NCBI RefSeq assembly: GCF_964204865.1
Contig: NC_135250.1
Span: 27,404,001-27,468,000 of the forward strand
Length of the DNA stretch: 64,000 bases
Source: Styela clava
Taxonomy: Eukaryota
Reading direction: 5' to 3'
The stretch's first letter is position 1. Each line of letters opens with the position of its first letter. The translations under genes and the position numbers were made by a program. Below the pieces are notes generated by a model that did not search any database, was not told the DNA's origin, and saw only the letters and a program-made list of their open reading frames with translations. Shown piece after piece: positions 26,882 through 40,081 of the stretch.

Positions 26882-27743
26882 ATGAGTAAATTGGCTGGAA
26901 ATGCAGAAGTGGACTTGGAAAAATTTAATATAATCTCAATATGTGACCATGAATATGAAACAGATATGGAGGACGTAGCTTGGAAAATTTTCAGTGGAGT
27001 AAAAGACGCATCAAGGTCTGAAAGACGGAATTATCGTGATAGAATGAAATTTATTACAACATCTTCAGAATTTCAGTCCCAAGAAGACGCAGTCAGTGAG
27101 CTTAAATCTCTTATTTCAAACAATTCTTCTCTGGAAGGTCATATTTCGACAATGATTCTTGCCTACAAAGATGGAACTCAAATTGTTGAAGAAACCTTCA
27201 CGTTTCAACCATTATCAGACCTTCTACGTGAATCAATAATGATCGTGGCGATTGATGAAACTTCAAACTTATCGGATGATTTGGCCAAGGTTTGTATTTA
27301 TTTTTTTCCTATAAAATAAGAGTCGAGATTACAGCGAGAATCAAGTGTTTTGACAGTTTATTTTGTTTCTTCCTCATTGGGGTAAATTAAGAGCGCATGT
27401 CCCAACTATAGTAGAAAGTAACAAATATAAGTTTATGATATCTTTATTGGATTGGTGATTAATATTACCCATTATTATGCGTTGTTTTTCATAGATATCT
27501 GTAAATCTTCGGGCGCAGTCAGACATAACAAGAATGCAGGAAGAGTACAAAGTAATTGGAGACAGAGGAAAACAAGCTCTCGAAGTCAGCTTCGGTGTAA
27601 AAGAAGAAAAACCATGGACACATAACGTGCTATCTTCAATATCAAGTTCAAGCACCACTTCGTTAAACGTGATTTCCTTTATGCTTAAAACTGGAGCTTC
27701 AGCCTTTATATTATCTCTTCTAGGCATTAAACTGCCTATTTAA
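26882..27743 (+). CDS. Lipase-like pseudoenzyme 'A' (copy 2), ~218 aa
   Basis: Exons 26882-27289 and 27495-27743. AYKDG at the elbow position; in-frame 17-codon deletion relative to copy 1; same hydrophobic tail. Confidence 0.85.
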
Positions 27744-30686
27744 TTGAATACGCTTTGCGGTAACAAAATACCTTCCTTCAAAATACCACACTGTAGCTTT
27801 TAAAAAAAATAATTCTATTGTATCAAATAAAAACGAATAATACTAATATTTTACTTATTAAACTTATTTGTTTCTCTTTATAAGTGATTTACATGTGAAT
27901 AGTGTCATTTGTATGTGTTTGGTTAGAGAAAAATTATAATAAATTTCAATAATACATTTTGTCTAGATGTACATTGATCAACAGGTCAGAATTACATGCC
28001 AGGCTGAGTCTTTTCTTTCGAAATTATCAAACACTCTTTGCCATATTTGTGATTTATTTAGAGTCCTGTTGTTTGTAATTTTTACGAAGTTTGAAAAATA
28101 TTCTTTTTGATGTTGCTTTTAATATTTTCACAAATAATTCTTGTCATAAACATTTTGAATTTATTTTGAACAAATATCTACATATCTATAACGAATATAA
28201 ACAGTTTTTTAATCAAGGTGTAGTCAAAATTCTCGTTTAAACAGTCAGACCAAGAAACAATGAGGGCTTCGAGTGAGGAACTAGTGTGTAATGTCGCCTT
28301 GGTTTTGGAGTCAAAGCATAAATCAATTACGGCATATATTGGGCGCGTAGAGATAAAACGTTTTACAAAGTTCAAACATTAAAAACTAGTACTTGTGGCA
28401 ATCAAAATTCAATACAAAGAATTCTTCTCGTACATAATTTAATTTAGAAATAAACTGTTAATCTATAAAAACATGGCGTACCAGGAATTATCTTATCAAA
28501 AAACAAAACTTTAATACATTCAATAGGGAGCGTAGCCGAAATACCTTAATTACAAAACACTCTTTGCTATCGTGGTGCGAACGTGCTATCGTTTATCGTG
28601 GATTGGCATATAATTGTTTTAGCAATAAATGTAAACCGTAAAATTGTTTACTCAAAGCAACGTAATAATCTAATGTTCATACGGAAATCTATCTTTCGTA
28701 CGCCATTTTGTCTACCATATATGTACGCATATATCTAAATCTGCTTTACCTGTCGCTTCAATATAAATATTAAGGGAATTTTTTCATTGCATAATTTTAG
28801 AACGAGGTTGAACAAAACCTAATCAAAAGCTATTTGACTTGTTAAATATCGAGAATGCTGAAATTAGTTGGCCGAGTTAACCGCTTTATAAAATTATCTG
28901 TTTACATTTCATTATAATCGTCCACTGCTGTTGTCTAAGATAATAGTATATTAATTTGGATTATCCTAAAAATTCTCTGTAATTTTATATCGCGATCCAA
29001 TTAAAAATATCACTAAATGGCAAATGGTCAAAAAAAACGACCATACCTCGTAAAACTTACGAACTGTTAAAAATATAGAAATGCGCAATACTAAGTTTTT
29101 AGAGAGTTATCAACTTATTAGGATAAATGATTAGTACCAATGATTAGGGCTGGAGATGGTTAACCGGTTAACGAATTATTAAGTAAATATTTGAAAATCT
29201 GGAACTGCTGATTATGAATATTTGACAATTTTAGGTTCAGAATTAGTTCCGGTCATACGTTAGTAAAGTTTTGACAAACGCTTTGAATTTTTTTCAATAT
29301 TCATCGCCGAATTGAATACACACTCTGATGGTACACTGATAGCAGGTATACACACATATATATATATATAGGATCTTTTGTAAAAGCTTCGCCTTAAAAA
29401 CACCCCGTCGCCACTCAAAATTAAAAAAAAAATTGATTATCAGGTTAGGGTATGAAATATACATCACGCTGGAAGATAATATATCCAATCATTCCTAATA
29501 CGAACCTAAATCTTAACGGGATAATTGCGAATTGTTATATTGAAACGCGGCAAGCGTATTTTTTTCAAATCTCACATTTTTGCATTAGTGGCTTGGGCCT
29601 TCTAGAAAAGATTCCATATATAAATTTTAGACCATTCCTGCTAGATATTTAAATCTGGATATATAAATCTCTTTCACTGCTGCAGTCTCTAGTGGACCAG
29701 AACTGCGAAATTGTTCTAAAACCCGTGTGACTCATTAATAGTAAATTTTTACCATTTACGTCAAGCGTCACGCTGCGGTTAACAGGTCAAGTATTTTAAA
29801 CTGAAATTCGCAGCATAAACCAAAATGTGTGATACCAATTGTAGGACATCCAATATATGCAAATTCTTCCAGGAAAATTTAGTAAAATAAGTATCTTTGG
29901 AAAGTAGGGCAAACGCATAAAATTGCTTATCATTAAACTGAGGTAAATTAATTTATTATTATTATTATTTTGCACTCATCAAATTCATAAAGTTCACACT
30001 ATGTAGCGTTAGATATGCAAGATTCTAAAAGCAAACGTGACGACAGCAAGCTCAAAAAATCTTGGGTAGACTAGGTTAAAGCTGAATAAGTATTATTCTT
30101 CAGTGCGAAGTGTGTGGAGTCTTGTTGACCGTCAAACTGCTTTATTAATTTTTTTTTTACTTTTGCCCACAAATTCTTCCTCTGGAGTCTTAACATATTT
30201 TAATAGTAAAAAGAAATAGAACGATAACGTCTTGCAAAATCAACAAAACAAAAACCATTTCTTGCTATATTGAAAATTTAATACAAATAATTATTTCAAA
30301 ATGATGGATTAAAATAAATAGTCACAAAATGAACTACTGTATTTTACTACTGTACAAGGCTTAGCCAATTTTTTTTATCGCCTCATATATGATTGAACAA
30401 TCAGACCACCGTTTTTTGGCGAAACAAGCATAGTCAAAATCTTTTATCAAAAAATAAACACAAAACACAACGCAATCTTCTATCACTGCCTATAATATGG
30501 AACAGTAAATAATAAATTCAACATTCACGAAAAACCGTAAAATGAGTGACTCTGTGAAGGAATGAAACAATCAATGTATAAAAAACAAATTGTATAGTAT
30601 ACGAAATTTTGTTTGGTGTTTCTAGTAACAGTTCTGGCCGGAATTGTATATTCATCTAACTTTACTGTACCTTGTGCTTGATATAC

Positions 30687-31840
30687 CAGGGTGTGTAAAA
30701 TCCCTTTACAATTTTAATTTTGTTATTAAGTAAGTTGGCAATATCTCTCAACCAGGTTTGTTGAATTTTAGAATTTTAATCATTAGTTGTTCAAGAATAA
30801 TTACATCCTTTTACATCTGTGAGGACAAAAATATATCATATCAATAAATTCTTTCTGCAAATTTGAAAAAATCTAAGACTTTATGAATTTTTGATAAATA
30901 ACAATTTTTGCACCGCATAATTTCATTTCCAAGGTGAAAGAATTTCAATTCCATCGAAATCCAATAATTAATCTAGATATAAACAGTATGTAATTGTTGA
31001 GGGTTAAAATACTTGGTCAGATAATCTTTCCGTCGTATTAAAACGGCCACAAGTTATTTTTGAACGTTAACTACCTTTCAAAATAGTAATTCAATTCCCG
31101 ATGTAAATGAAAATATTTAAAAAAAAGTAGCTTCATGAAGTAATGCAAAACACTTCACAATGTTTCCCAACGAGTTGAATACAATTTAAAAATTTCTCAC
31201 AATAATTACATGTCCGCGTCAATATTAAAATTACTCGCAAATATTCCAAATAAACTCCTTTTTTTGCAAAAAGATGGCAAAGCAGAGAAAATTTTTTTTG
31301 TTTTCAAAATTTTGTTCCGTGTTGAATTCTCAGCAACACCAGGGTAATTCATGCAGAAATTCTTTAGGTTTTCATTACCCCATTAAAAATATGTCAAATT
31401 TAACGACGTGGAATGTGACCTTCAACACTTCGAGTGGGAGGTCAAAATAGTTCATTGAAAGATAATCACAAAACACACTGCAATCGTTTGTCTCCCCTTT
31501 AATTGTGGATAAACAAAGAATTGTTTCAACAATAAACAAAAACCGTGAAATGATAATGTTTCAAGAGCAATGATTAAATTAATGTAATGTAATGTAAATT
31601 GAATTTATAAAAATAAATCTGTCTTATTCCATGCACAAGTAAGTCTCATCTTCAGAATAGCGGTTTTGCCTCAGATCACATATCGAATCTGTCTAGCTTC
31701 GTAGCTTACTGAACAAATTTTGTTTGGGAAAATGAATACTCGAGGTGAAGAAAACTTCGAATTGGAACTGAGTTGTCAAAAAACTTGGTGTGTAATTATT
31801 AGGGTTGCCGGGCGAATGTCGAAACTTATAGGACACCCTG
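30687..31840 (-). mobile_element. Degenerate Tc1/mariner-type DNA transposon
   Basis: Ends cagggtgtg.../...ggacaccctg followed by TA. Minus strand ~31370-31445 resembles a decayed WPPxSPDL...DFFLWG transposase motif. Confidence 0.6.
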
Positions 31841-32040
31841 TATCAATCAGTTATTTTTCTGTTCATTTTAGAACAACTTGGTTGACCGGATGCAAGGACG
31901 GGTGCATCTAGGAGTTTTGAATAACTAACAACAAAAAAACATGTTTTTGGATGAGTCAGCTAGAATTTGTTACTCCAATATTTTTAAATGTCAAAGATCA
32001 TGTGCAAATTTCTGTTTAAAAATGAGAATATAGAACAAAC

Positions 32041-32517
32041 CTTAGCATATCCTTTTGGAATTGTGTCGATACCACCAAGAGTAAAAACTGCTAAATTGTC
32101 TTTAATTTGCTCGAGTTTTTTGGTAAAATCCACTCCATTTTCAGGTCGACAATATTTGATGAAATACTGATGAAGTGAGTTTTTCTCAAGTGCAGTTCTA
32201 ACAATTTTAGCTCCATGGCTGTGGGCAAAAATAATGCGTGTTATTCCATTTTTACAGTGGGGCATACAAAAGAGAATTTTTTGAATCTTGTAAACAATGG
32301 TTGTCGGTACTTCTGTTGAATTTTTTGCAGTGTCTACTATTGATTCAACGTCGCTGTAATGACCGATTCTCTTCCCTTCTGAAAAGTTGTATAACTGTTT
32401 GCATATCTCCCACGCTGCGACTTCTACTTCATTGATATCGGCTCCGATATCACCAACTAAATATGCTTTGAGTCCCGTCTGACAAACTTGCTTCACGTTG
32501 TCAGTTTCAACAGCCAA
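32041..32517 (-). pseudogene. Truncated extra copy of gene B exon 1 (B'')
   Basis: 159 open codons with AHSHG and GYAK|GT, but TTG instead of ATG with an in-frame stop just upstream; no exon 2 found beyond the intronic transposon. Confidence 0.75.
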
Positions 32518-33108
32518 GTTGGAGGCAAGTCAAAATTAGACAATGAAATATTTAAAAATGCAACAATTATTTTTAGGTCAATATTTCACAATTAGAAATC
32601 TTTATCAACATTTTAAATCACCGGTTCAGCAGTCATACCATGAAACAATTAAGACATGGTAATGCTTTTAGTTCAGAGATTTTATAAAAAATGAAAATTG
32701 CAAAATATTCCTTTAATTAGAAAATTAGTAGTAATTCAAAATTATATTAAAGTTTGAGTAGATTAAAGTTGAAATCGTTTTTCGAAATATATTTACTATT
32801 CCTAAGGAAATCTCATATCACCGCGTAATATATGAGATTATAAGAAATTCATTCAACAATAAACAAAAACCGTTAAATGAACTGTATATGGCCCTGTAAA
32901 GTACCGTAACAAGCGATGCACATATAGAAATCTAACTATCGTGCACACCATTTTGTATATATATATATATGTGTGTGTGTTCGTAATAGCCAATTCGGCA
33001 TGAATTCTAAACATAAATGAACTTGATGTGATTTTTTTTATATTGTTAAATACACCATTTACACTCATATAATTTAGAAACTGTAAAATTCAAATCCTAT
33101 TTCGCTCA

Positions 33109-34457
33109 TCAGAGATTCGTTTTGTAGAAGTATTTTGGGGCGCGAGCGTACGACCATGTAATATTGTGTCTTTTGATGTTCCATTCCTTATTTTCAAGTT
33201 TCTTCTTGGTAGTCGTCCCTGAGCATCCACATTGCACAGAATTGCTCTCCAACATTAAAGTTTGTAAAATTTTCCCCATTACAGCCGCGTCTTTTGTATA
33301 TTCAAATAGTACATGTTTTGTTCCTTCAGTGGATGCTCTTTTTAATGTTTTCAACCGACAGAAGTTTTTAAGTTGATCCAATTTTGACTCAGTTGTTGAA
33401 GATTCCACTTCGCCGTTGTGAAACTTTATTATTTCTGAGTTTTGGCTGCTTTCTCCATAAATAATGTTGCCAAACTCAGAATTTATATCTTGTTTAAGCC
33501 GCATGTTGAGACATATCTGCAAAGTAGATCAGAAACTATTTATTAAAAGTTGAATACATCGCAAACAACATTATACAAGGTGTCCAACAGGTATTACCCA
33601 ATTTTATAGTAATGACAATTGTAAGTTTTAATAAGTTTTGGTGTGTGATAAATGAGAACTATAACGTCCAACATGTGTAACATCAATTTCAATACGGATT
33701 GATTACAAATCATTTTACAATTAAAAAAAAATTCCTTTGATTATAAATACTTTACCATGGGCCGAAACTTATAGGACACCCTGTATTAATCAGTTATTTT
33801 TCTGTTCATTTTAGAATAACTTTGTTGACCGGATGCAAACACGGGTGCATCTAAGAGTTTTGAATAACTATTAAAATAACATGTTTTTAGATGAGTCAGC
33901 AAGAATTGGTTACTCGAATATTTTTGAATGTCAAAGATCATGTGCACATTTGTGTTTGAACATAGGAAAATCGAACAAACCTTAGCATATTCTTTTGGAA
34001 TTGTGTCGATGCCACCAAGAGTAAAAACTGCTAAATTGTCTTTAATTTGCTTGAGTTTTTTAGAAAAGTCCACTCCATTTGCATTTTGACGAGATTCAAT
34101 GAAATAATCAAGAAGTGACTTTTCATCAAGTGCCTTTCTAACAATTTTAGCTCCATGGCTGTGGGCAAAAATAATACGAGTTATTCCATCATTACAGTGT
34201 GGCATATGGAAGAGAATTTTGTGAATCTCGGAAACAATGGTTTTCGGTTTGTCTGACAAACTTCTTGCAGTGTTCACAATTGACTCAACGTCCCTGTAAT
34301 GAATAATTCTCTTTCTTTCTGAAAAGTTGTATAACTGTTTGCATATCTCCCACGCTCCAGCTTCCACTTCATTGATATCGGCTCCGAAACCTCCAATTAA
34401 ATAAGCTTCAAATCCTTTCTGACAAACTTGTTTTACATTGTTAATTTCATCAACCAT
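33109..34457 (-). CDS. Lipase-like alpha/beta-hydrolase 'B' (copy 2), ~294 aa
   Basis: Exons 34457-33981 and 33516-33109; AHSHG, CLNMRLKQD, KHVLFEY. Confidence 0.88.
33576..33783. mobile_element. Tc1/mariner-type MITE in the intron of B copy 2
   Basis: TA-caaggtgtcc...ggacaccctg-TA; absent from the homologous intron of B copy 1. Confidence 0.75.
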
Positions 34458-35287
34458 TTTTATTGTATAATTTAAAATCCTATAATTATTTAGTACATCT
34501 CAGATTAAATAAAATCTTTTAAAATCAGACAAAGAAAAATTAGGCAAATACAAAGTCAGATTACAAATTGAATGAGTTCAAATTTATTTTTAATTCAAAT
34601 ATCATAATACCTCTTTACGATATATAGAGTAATAAGAAAGACAAGGCATTTGAATCAGGGTCTTACTTCAAATAATATTTTAATAGTATATTTGGAAATT
34701 CTCCAATTTCATTTTAATCAAATTCAGTGAACTTTCGGCAGAAAACGATATTTACAACTACTAGACAATAATAAGGTACAATAATAATAATATGACGCAT
34801 TCGAAATTCAAACGGTTTTGCAAGTGACCGATACTAAGTATTGTGTCGCAAACAACGTTCCCTCTAAGAGCTTGGTAAGTTGCGCGGAATAGAAGGCCAT
34901 GGAAGCTCCAAAAAAAAGTCTGCACGGAAAATTAGAGCTTGTATTTAGCTTATCTTGTTGTCAATACTCATGCACTTTTTCAAAAAGCATAAAAAATGAA
35001 ATGCAATAATTATCAATATAAATGTAAATTGGAAAAACTGAATAGACTGTATATCAAAATATCAAAAAAATCACACAGATATGAGTAGGTTTCACTGATT
35101 ATTCTGGAAATCATTTTATTTTATTTTAATATTGTAGCAAAAGAATTTGATTAATTCCATTGATATAGTTTTCTCAATGTGTTGATATGAAAAGATCAAA
35201 ATTATGCAATGTAATACCTCAGAATACCAATAATTTATGTCGATATTTCATAATGAGAAAAGTTATTCTTTAAAATAAACTTTAATT

Positions 35288-36429
35288 TCATTTAAGATAT
35301 GCATCTATAGTTTCGAGCACTTTCTCGTGATTTACATACTTTCGTAAAATATGATTTTCTTTACTGCACGATGCAGAACAGGACAGATTTGACAAAAACA
35401 TTTGTTTCTGTGACTGTACAAATTGTTCAGGTTGTGGTTTTGATATGATTGTCTTGTTGCTGTCTGCATATTTCCCAAAAAGCGTTTTGACTGATTTTGC
35501 AATACCATCATTATCAAATTCAATATTCCAACACACCTGTTAAAAATTATATGTTAATCATTATATATAAATGTGAAATTGTATTTAGAAATAACTAAAA
35601 AGCTGTTTAATTATTTTATACATTATTTGAATAACAAGAGTTCAGTTTAGCGATTCCTAATTTAAAAATCTTCAATTCATATTTAATATTTCCTAATCAT
35701 GGCTATAGCCGTTGGTTTTGGAACTGCTTTTTTAAATACCCAATTTAATTTTAAAAGATAATCAGAATTTACTGTTTGATTTATCGTGTTCTGCATAATA
35801 TTAATTTAATTTAGTTCAAAATGAAGCTGTTTTGGATGAGATAAGATGCGCGCAATTCAACAGCATAGATTGAAATTGTTAATTACCACACGATATCAAA
35901 TATATCTTTCAATGAAATGTAGCAGTTGTAATTTGTAATATACTTTATTTGACTGCGATACCTTTGCGTAATCCCCAGGTATGTCTTGGATTCCTCCCAG
36001 GCTAAATATTGCGAGTCGACTTCGAATCGTTTTAATTATGATCGGTATTTCTCTTTCTGGTGTACGTTTCTTTATAAGAAAGTTCCACAGGGCCTCATCT
36101 TTAAGAGCTTCATATATGACTAGTGCGCCGTGGCTATGACCAAGCAAAACATGAGTTATACCATCAAAAGATTCATCATTGTATAACATTTCATGCAATG
36201 CCGTGATGTCTGCTTCTGAATTAGCTTTGAGATATGAACTTGAGTCGTTAACAATTACGCAGATATTTGGCATGTGATTGGCTCTACTCCTAGTGCTAAT
36301 ATCATAAACATACGAGTATATAGTCCAACATGCATCCTCAAGGAATAATTTTCTTTCCGGTATTTTTTCGCCCCCATTGTAGCCACCAACTAGTAAAAAT
36401 TTTGGCTTCCTAGCTACGCTGCCCGCCAT
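35288..36429 (-). CDS. Lipase-like alpha/beta-hydrolase 'C' (copy 2), ~238 aa
   Basis: Exons 36429-35962 (LVGGYNG, LLGHSHGA, FSLGG, GDYAK|GT) and 35536-35288 (VCWNIEFDND...NHILRKY). Confidence 0.88.
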
Positions 36430-39023
36430 TAGTGTTTACGTCCTCAAATAAATCTCGAAATCGTGTTCGCTCTGAAATAAATCAAACATTTAACCCATAG
36501 GAAAAAATGGGCTTAATGTTTGCTCTCGCCATCGCGTGCCATTTATTTCGAGGCGCTGTCCGTAAATTCAAAGTTTAAAACAGCGGTTCTTGAATGCGGC
36601 CACAATTTCGAGCAATTTCGGATTCACACGGAACTTTGATAATAACGACTCGCACATGATTTCACCTTGGTATTATAACATAATTTTAAAATATTGTTAC
36701 ACATGCAGTTAGAAAATTGAAGCACATTACAAAAAAAATTCCAATTCAACTTCAGTACTACCCAATTTTGAGTCATTGCATCTAATTAAAAATGAGTAAT
36801 AATACCCAGTTTTCATTTAGCTATATATATATATACTGTATATATAATTATGCACAAAAAATCCTTGAACTACTCAAAGATGGGGCTTTGTCCTCTATAC
36901 AAGCTAAGTCATAAGAAACAATAAACTGATATGGAGCGTCTGATATTCGACCTTTATTGAACTTTAACCTTAATGAACAACCTTTTAATTTAAATATGCT
37001 TTGACTCGGAATGTATCCGTGGCCATTTGCAATAAAATGAGAGAATTGTCGGTTCGTGTGCACTTTGAGGGACAACGGCGGCATTCAATCGATGATATTT
37101 TATCTTCCTGACAGACCCAGGCTAGAGCAATGATTTGACTGACTAGTACATAGATTAATTACCAATTTAGATCTACGTCAAATATTTCGATCATCGGGTT
37201 TTGCCGATGAATCGCATCAATTTGAGAACACAAATATGAATTTGACAGTGGTTCGTTTGGAAAATAAAAAACGTAGTTTCAATTAGACAAGCTTTATGAA
37301 AAATTTAAGTTTCAAGTTATTCATATCACATGGAGAGTAATTTTTGAAATTGTTGAAAATTGAGAAATAAATACTTGCGACGAAAAAATTTAAAAGAAGA
37401 TCATAGTCATGCATGCGACCCAAGTAATATTAAAGTTGAATGACTACTGAATGCAATACGCATTCGTGCAGTCATTTTTGTAAAATTCACAATGTAACCG
37501 GATATGACAGACTCGTCGGAAACATGATGAGCGCGAAAACCTGTTTTTGTAAGGAAGATTGGTTATTTGTACAGAATTTCTTCTTTATATAGACATGGGG
37601 CACGTGAAATTGTACCTTTTTTACCTTTCATGGTTTTACCAGTTCGGTTCAATCAACTAACAATTCGACTGAGCGATAACTATAATAAAGAAATTACTAA
37701 ACTTGGTCAAAAATGTTTTAGCTATAACATCATAACTGATATGCAATGATACTTTTATTATTTCCCTACCAATAAAATCGCATTCAAAATATTAAAAAAG
37801 TGTTGGCAATGTTTATGGAACTTTTTACTGACCTTACCTTATACGTAACTTTTATAATTACAATATTTGCAAAAAGTAGCAATGTTGCAATATACGAACA
37901 CGTGGATTTAATACCCAACGACTTTGCAAATGATTCATATTCCACTCTGTATTCATTTTTTTTTAATTTTAATTATATTTATTAACTTTTTATTAATTAT
38001 TTAACTAAATTGATGAGTCATCCGTTCGTTTAATCATGAGGATCATTTACCATTGAAAGTTGTTAAAATAAAGCTGATTTCAACATCATTTCAAGATCTG
38101 AAAAAAAAATTACTATTTGAATTGAATAGAGAATTATCATTTGCAAATAATAGAAAGAAAAAAAAATGTGCGATGATATTGATTCATGCCATCATGTGCG
38201 TTTTGATATTATGCGTTTCTTCTTCGGTTATCACAAATTTGATTGTTCTAATTCATTCGAATATTTCAACCTTATATTCCAGAGACTGTGGAAGTTTCCA
38301 ATTCGAATCAGGAAATGATGTCTAATTTTCACACAGTCTCGATCATTCGTGATCGAGTACAATTGTTTATAACAAAATAAAGTTCATTTAACGGGTTGCC
38401 TGACAGTGTATCAGTTTTCTACGTACGAACAATAGTATCAGTTTTCTTCCGTCAGGAACATTGCAGCTTATTCAAGTTCGTTAAATTAGAATGTGTGTAT
38501 ATGCAACTATTGGACAAACAAGATGCTGTCAATACAATATGCTTTCTAATGCACATAAAAAAATGATAACTTATTATCATAGTTTGCAACTGGCGACTTT
38601 TCATCAGTATCGGAATTTAAATAGTATTAAAATTTAATAAGATTTTGGCAACCATGTTTGTTACCACTCGGCATTTTCATAGAAACTTGGCTAATTGAAT
38701 GCCGCAACGGTAAAGATGATTAATCATCTTTAAAACAAGATTTCGAACATGCATATAAAATTACTAATAACAAATTGTTAACATTCTCGTTGTTGTTTGG
38801 AAAAGATCTTGCAAACCTACGGTAACTTATAGAGAACGAACTGTATAGAAATAACTGCTGGTTGACAGCTAACTATTATATAACTCTGCAGCGCAACAAC
38901 AATTCACCAATTTGATTATCTCCAAACGTAATATACTAATATCGGAATCATAAATGTAATAAAATTATTCAAAATTTTGTTGCAATAGCTATATAAACCA
39001 ATATTTCTATTAATGATTTAAGT

Positions 39024-39497
39024 CAGGGTGGTCCAAACCCAGGCCCGCGGGCCACATGTGGCCCGCCGCCTCTTTATCTGTGGCCCGCGTCACATTCGGA
39101 GTGTAACAAAAAAATCGCATTTCGTGTTGTTTCGTTATAAAATTAATCAGAAAAATTTCTTGACATATTGCTATCACTAATGTCACTGAATTAAATAGTG
39201 TTACGGCTAGCTGAGGAAATTAGAGAAGTTGAATGATGTGCTTGGCAGTCTAAATTGTTATCTGGCTTTCTAACTTCTTTGTCGGGAATATATGCAAATA
39301 ATATAGGCAACATAGAACACTAAAAACAAATGCGGATTCTATTAGCCTAGAATGGCTATGCCTGATAACTAAGTGTTTGCACAATGAAGGTTTTGTTTTG
39401 TATTGCACTGTTTACCTATTCCTGGCACTATTGTGGCCCGCGAACAATGCAAAAATAATTTTGTGGCCCGTGGAGCCGACAACCTCGGACCACCCTA
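39024..39497. mobile_element. hAT-type MITE, same family as 19576-20056
   Basis: TIR cagggtggtcc; perfect 8-bp TSD atttaagt. Confidence 0.9.
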
Positions 39498-40081
39498 ATT
39501 TAAGTATTTTTGTGTTTATTGATATTCGATTTTAGCATGAAATATTTTTCAAGAACTTTGATATTTGAAAATTTATTACATCACTTGGTACTATTTTCTC
39601 ATATGTTTATATATATGCGTATTAAAAAATGCATGCTTTAAAACAAATGTAAACAACGAGTGTCTGTTTTAGTTTAACGATTTTACGGTAACCTTATATA
39701 TTAAATTGAACCATCGACAACCTATGCAATTTTAAACGAACAATATTGTAGGCTTAGTCGTTTTTAAATGAATAAATGTAATTTGTTAATTTAAATAAAC
39801 TCATTTTATAAATTTATTTGAGAATATTATTCCGCAAGTAACGTAGGAAATGTCATCACAACAGTAAATGTAATACTATAAAAAAACATGTTTTCTCAGT
39901 ATATTACATCAATTTATCATTAATGTAATATACCAAGGAATCATTAATTATACAATTAGAAACAACAATAATTAACAATATTAATAATAAGTGAACACGA
40001 ATTAACAACTGCTAATTAATATTGTTTATCACGTTGAGGTTTAATTTTGAATTTGGCATTGGTGGGTGGGATATTATATGT

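Noticed and set aside
33786-33980. C-terminal parts of single-exon ORFs for A, B and C beyond 'AK'
   Set aside because: Intron read-through; a conserved GT donor follows AK in every paralog.
36848-37084. 78-aa ORF upstream of C copy 2
   Set aside because: No recognisable motif, no counterpart in block 1 and no consistent exon chain.
19576-39497. Same hAT MITE in both duplicated blocks as a marker of the duplication
   Set aside because: Different TSDs and orientations indicate independent insertions.
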